Positions 61,301 to 64,000 of a DNA stretch of 64,000 bases are shown piece after piece. The notes under the pieces are model-generated. The model was not told where the DNA came from and did no database searches. It saw only the letters and a program-made list of their open reading frames with translations. The translations under genes were made by a program, and so were the position numbers. The first letter of the stretch is position 1, and each line of letters opens with the position of its first letter. The stretch is from Phoronis australis (Eukaryota > Animalia > Phoronida). The stretch is from contig NMRA01000859.1 of assembly GCA_002633005.1 (NCBI GenBank), positions 53,991 through 117,990 of the forward strand. Direction: 5' to 3'.

Positions 61301-63389
61301 GAAATTAACATCTTCAAACTTGGATGAGCTTTGCACCAATTGACCTTTACCGGTGCATTTTGGAAAATTAAATGTTTAAATTTTAAAAACTGGCACATGA
61401 TGTGTTACTCAGGGGCTATCAACGTCAAGGTGTGAAAAACAAGGGAAAGATGACCGATAACGAGAGTAGAGCTCAGAGTTGCGTACGCAGTACCTAGGAC
61501 ACTACACTGTAATTGTATGATCAGTTTGCGATTGAACACTGAGATACTGCAAGTACATGTACATGAACTCAGGGATGGACACCCTTACTCATTTCAAATC
61601 ACCCACGGATGGACACCCTTACCGACTGGAGATCAACTAGGGATGGGCACAGGGGCTTCATTAAGGATTTTGAAAATAAGGTGTCCAAAATGGGGTTTCC
61701 AATATTCCAGGGCGTCCATGATTCCAACGACGTGTTACCCCCACCCCCACCATTCTCCCCCAAACACAATGAGGGTTTTTACAAAAAAAATGCCTAGCCT
61801 TGTTCATTTGAAATTTCCTTTACAGTGTGGGCGTCCAAACTGGAGAAGTTATGACTGACAGTGGCCATCCAAATGATACATTGGTTATCATTGCCAGGGC
61901 GTCCAAGAGCATAAAGAACTGATGGGCACCTATAGGAATGGAAAATCTTACACACTTCGAATAATCACTGCGCTTTAAGCTCATAAGAGGTTGTGGCCAA
62001 GGATAACAAAGACTACACTGACATCTGGTAGTCATATCATGAAACAAGAAAACAAGAGTAAGGCAACAAGCCATTAACATTATAGTATATGTTTCAAGTA
62101 ATAGTTCCAAAAATAAGGGTATCAAAGTAAGTACATCATTGTGAAAGTTTGCATTCATGCAAGTGAGTTATAACCTAACTGCATGGTACATTCACTTTAC
62201 TGGACAAACTCTTATGTCAAGATGAAGTTTTGTACACTAACACATATACATTGCTCAACTGTGGAGTAAGCTATCATAATTATACGTATGTACTATCATT
62301 CAAACACCGCATCACGCACAGTGGTTACTTTGTTACACGTATATGACTGGTCTATTGACATGTACCAGTAGTCAAGCACTAGTGTACAGCCCTAAACAAC
62401 AACAGGCCCTAAAAAGCAGCTCTGTAATACTGACACCTGGTGGTCATACCTTGAAACAGGATGCCCTATAAAGCAACTGCACAACATGACCTATGGCTGT
62501 TTTGGATGCTTGACTGAAGACACCCTGTAGCTTCTGAACTACATACAAGACAAGTACTTTGCGTGAGAGAGATGAGCCATCCTCCAGCGCCAACAGAATT
62601 AGATTAAGCACTTCTTCCTGCATAGCTGAAACATGCAAGGGAGATAATGGATTGCGCTGAGGAAACGTGATAGATGGCAGTATGGTCTTTACTGCAGCAG
62701 AAAGTACAACATACAGCTCATTGTTGAAATATTAGTGAATTTTAAGTTCAAACGTACCTCATGTTTTAACGGAAGTTTGATGAATATCCAGTCAATAGCC
62801 AAGATTTTATTAACTTCAGCAGCCGTACAAATTGCAGCTGCCAAATGCAACACTGACACACATTCACGTGCACGCACCACTGTAATGCTGACACGTACAC
62901 ACACATGCACACACGCACACACACACGCACACACACAAACCCACACACATACCAATGCAAATTACAGTGACACCTAATTAGAGGGTGCCTCTAATGTGGA
63001 CACCCCAACTACAAACACTTCAGTTTGCCCAGAGATAATGAACACATAGATATCAACCCTATCCAAGTAATAAGAGATGAGCAAATCCTACTACTTCTTG
63101 ATGACAAGACTACACTCACCTGGCCCAAGAAACTGACATCCGCGACTTCTGACAGCGGCCCAAAGATTAGCAGAGAGTTGTTGCTGGTTCTGATTTTGTA
63201 GTATCAACTCAGTGACTGTGCGTTCACCGAGAGAGCGAGCGGCTCGCATGGCACGGGACACGCCTTCATCTTCCATCAGTTGACAACAGATCAAACTGAC
63301 GAGCTTCCGCTGCATTGGTCGACTCAATTGGCCATTACAGCTGTTAGTCAGGTTGCTAGGCGACAGATTCCGTACAGACGACTTGTTGA
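46328..63389 (-). CDS. RC3H1: Roquin (RC3H1/RC3H2 family), partial; RING-encoding 5' exons expected beyond the window end
   Basis: Phase-consistent exons (minus): 63120-63389 ([10 protein letters not shown]...[16 protein letters not shown]...[15 protein letters not shown]), 62450-62625, 60547-60747 (ROQ: [13 protein letters not shown]...SHMQSIIDK), 59703-59835, 58411-58636 (CCCH finger KYKTSMCRD...[11 protein letters not shown]), 57842-57961, 55551-55666, 55130-55206, 53502-53726 (YNPWSS), 52472-52554, 51720-51846 ([14 protein letters not shown]), 49542-49765, 47913-47985, 47223-47295, 46328-46533 (stop). Low-complexity C-terminal exons are less certain. The symbol stands for the likely single pro-orthologue of RC3H1/2. 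Confidence 0.93.
46835..47128. repeat. ~34-bp degenerate minisatellite
   Basis: ggtcaagtctcaagccaaccatagtgtatacaat units. Confidence 0.8.
47575..47930. repeat. C-rich degenerate repeat copying the Roquin donor at 47911-47912
   Basis: ctcaa.atacctctcccct..aaac.tac units. Confidence 0.6.
48621..48751 (+). mobile_element. Probable tRNA-derived SINE, second degenerate copy
   Basis: atttctg...tcgacc...gtctgca..gtta..agaaggtcccaggttt...atcttt...ggtcacgttatgtggccaac, colinear with 59444-59566. Confidence 0.45.
50388..50946. mobile_element. PIF/Harbinger-like MITE
   Basis: ~40-bp TIRs gggctgttccagtaaaatctgtatgggaggggggaaggca / tgccttccccccctcccacacagattttgctggaacagccc; 3-bp TSD TCA on both sides; inserted in a ~50-bp degenerate tandem array. 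Confidence 0.88.
54107..54206. mobile_element. Short MITE with 6-bp TSD
   Basis: caggctttcaa ... ttgagagcctg flanked by cataag/cataag. Confidence 0.6.
55799..57068 (-). mobile_element. Helentron-associated non-autonomous element (HINE/DINE-like)
   Basis: Read on minus: subterminal hairpin 57041-57066 (plus-strand tactctgcgc-ttacac-gcgcagagta), (AAGAAT)n microsatellite ~56967-57010, ~435-bp internal tandem units (gacct..ccggtgcatt at ~55970, ~56403, ~56836), matching subTIR actctgcgc 55837-55845, palindrome ttattgtcac-ggc-gtgacaataa 55811-55833, and a CTAG-TTT end. Confidence 0.8.
57420..57870. repeat. ~40-bp minisatellite beside a Roquin donor
   Basis: gtagttattggtcaagcagtgccatctgcctgatgattca, ~7 copies plus degenerate flanks. 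Confidence 0.9.
58115..58402. repeat. ~43-bp repeat abutting the Roquin CCCH-exon donor
   Basis: atatcacaatcactgaatgtgaaatcaccgatctatacacacac units. Confidence 0.85.
59168..59181 (+). promoter_or_regulatory. CTCF consensus motif
   Basis: CCACCAGGGGGCAC in a Roquin intron. Confidence 0.5.
59444..59566 (+). mobile_element. Probable tRNA-derived SINE
   Basis: B-box-like cctgggttcgaactcc; tail ggtcacgagatgtggccaac shared with 48621-48751 and a partial copy near 59255-59320. Confidence 0.5.
60000..60362 (+). mobile_element. Probable 3' end of a LINE (L2/CR1-like) with (TAAA)n tail
   Basis: T-rich UTR-like tract, gagggccctcttggaaagcagt...actgaag...accctc terminal structure, then (aaat)n. Confidence 0.55.
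62865..62950. repeat. Imperfect (CA)n microsatellite
   Basis: cacacacatgcacacacgcacacacacgcacacacac. Confidence 0.8.
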
Positions 63390-64000
63390 CTGAAAGAGGA
63401 GAAAGCTGACCTCGAAAACTCACCAGAAAAGAATGATGAACAACAGTAAACAAAAACTAGTGTCAGGCAAAATAACTGCAAACGTGCAGAGTGACTGGCA
63501 AATCCCAAAGTGAAATTTGTGGTTAAATTTCATATTAAGGCCTCAAAGGTATCTAGTGACCTCTAGAGGTGGTCTAATCAATGAATGAAGGCAAAAAGTA
63601 CTCTCAGTTCACAAAAGAGAAACTTTGAGAACTGTCCTCAATAACTTAAATGCACAGCCTAGAAAACACACTAAAAGTAATCAGACAAAATGATCCACCA
63701 TTTCTTGTCATAACAGGTCATGATTCTACGTAGTCCGATGGGGAATTCCGCTGACACTCAGCGATCACGACAGGAATTGTGGCTCATTTTGTCTTATTAT
63801 TTTTGGCATGCAGACTAAGCCGCTTGACATGATGGGAAACAGTAGAAAATACGTTGAAAAAATAACCGCCAGAATTGCAGGACTGACCTGCCATGTAGGA
63901 ATGTCATCAAGGTTTTTGAATATGCAAACCAGATCTAAAGTTGTGTAAAATGTTCAAATTTTGAAAAACTTCCCGTCAAAAATTTTCTGCAAAACATTGT

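Overview
Eukaryotic, intron-rich, AT-rich genomic DNA, most likely from an invertebrate bilaterian. I hand-assembled four spliced genes with phase-consistent exons: (1) a 19-exon GBP/atlastin-family large GTPase (+, 2092-20055, ~794 aa) with an unexpected N-terminal signal-peptide-like segment, His in place of the P-loop arginine finger, and a C-terminal aromatic/hydrophobic tail; (2) SURF4 (-, 22534-30596, 270 aa, GC-AG first intron); (3) TADA1 (+, 30992-43697, 325 aa), head-to-head with SURF4; (4) a 5'-truncated Roquin/RC3H gene (-, 46328-63389). Introns carry MITEs, a Helentron-type non-autonomous element, LINE fragments, tRNA-like SINE candidates and many minisatellites. The main unexplained pattern is that many local tandem duplications overlap exon boundaries and copy the splice sites themselves; the clearest is an 82-bp array giving six stop-codon-trapped decoy acceptors ahead of TADA1 exon 7. 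Gene models come from sequence reading and remembered family motifs only; no searches were run.
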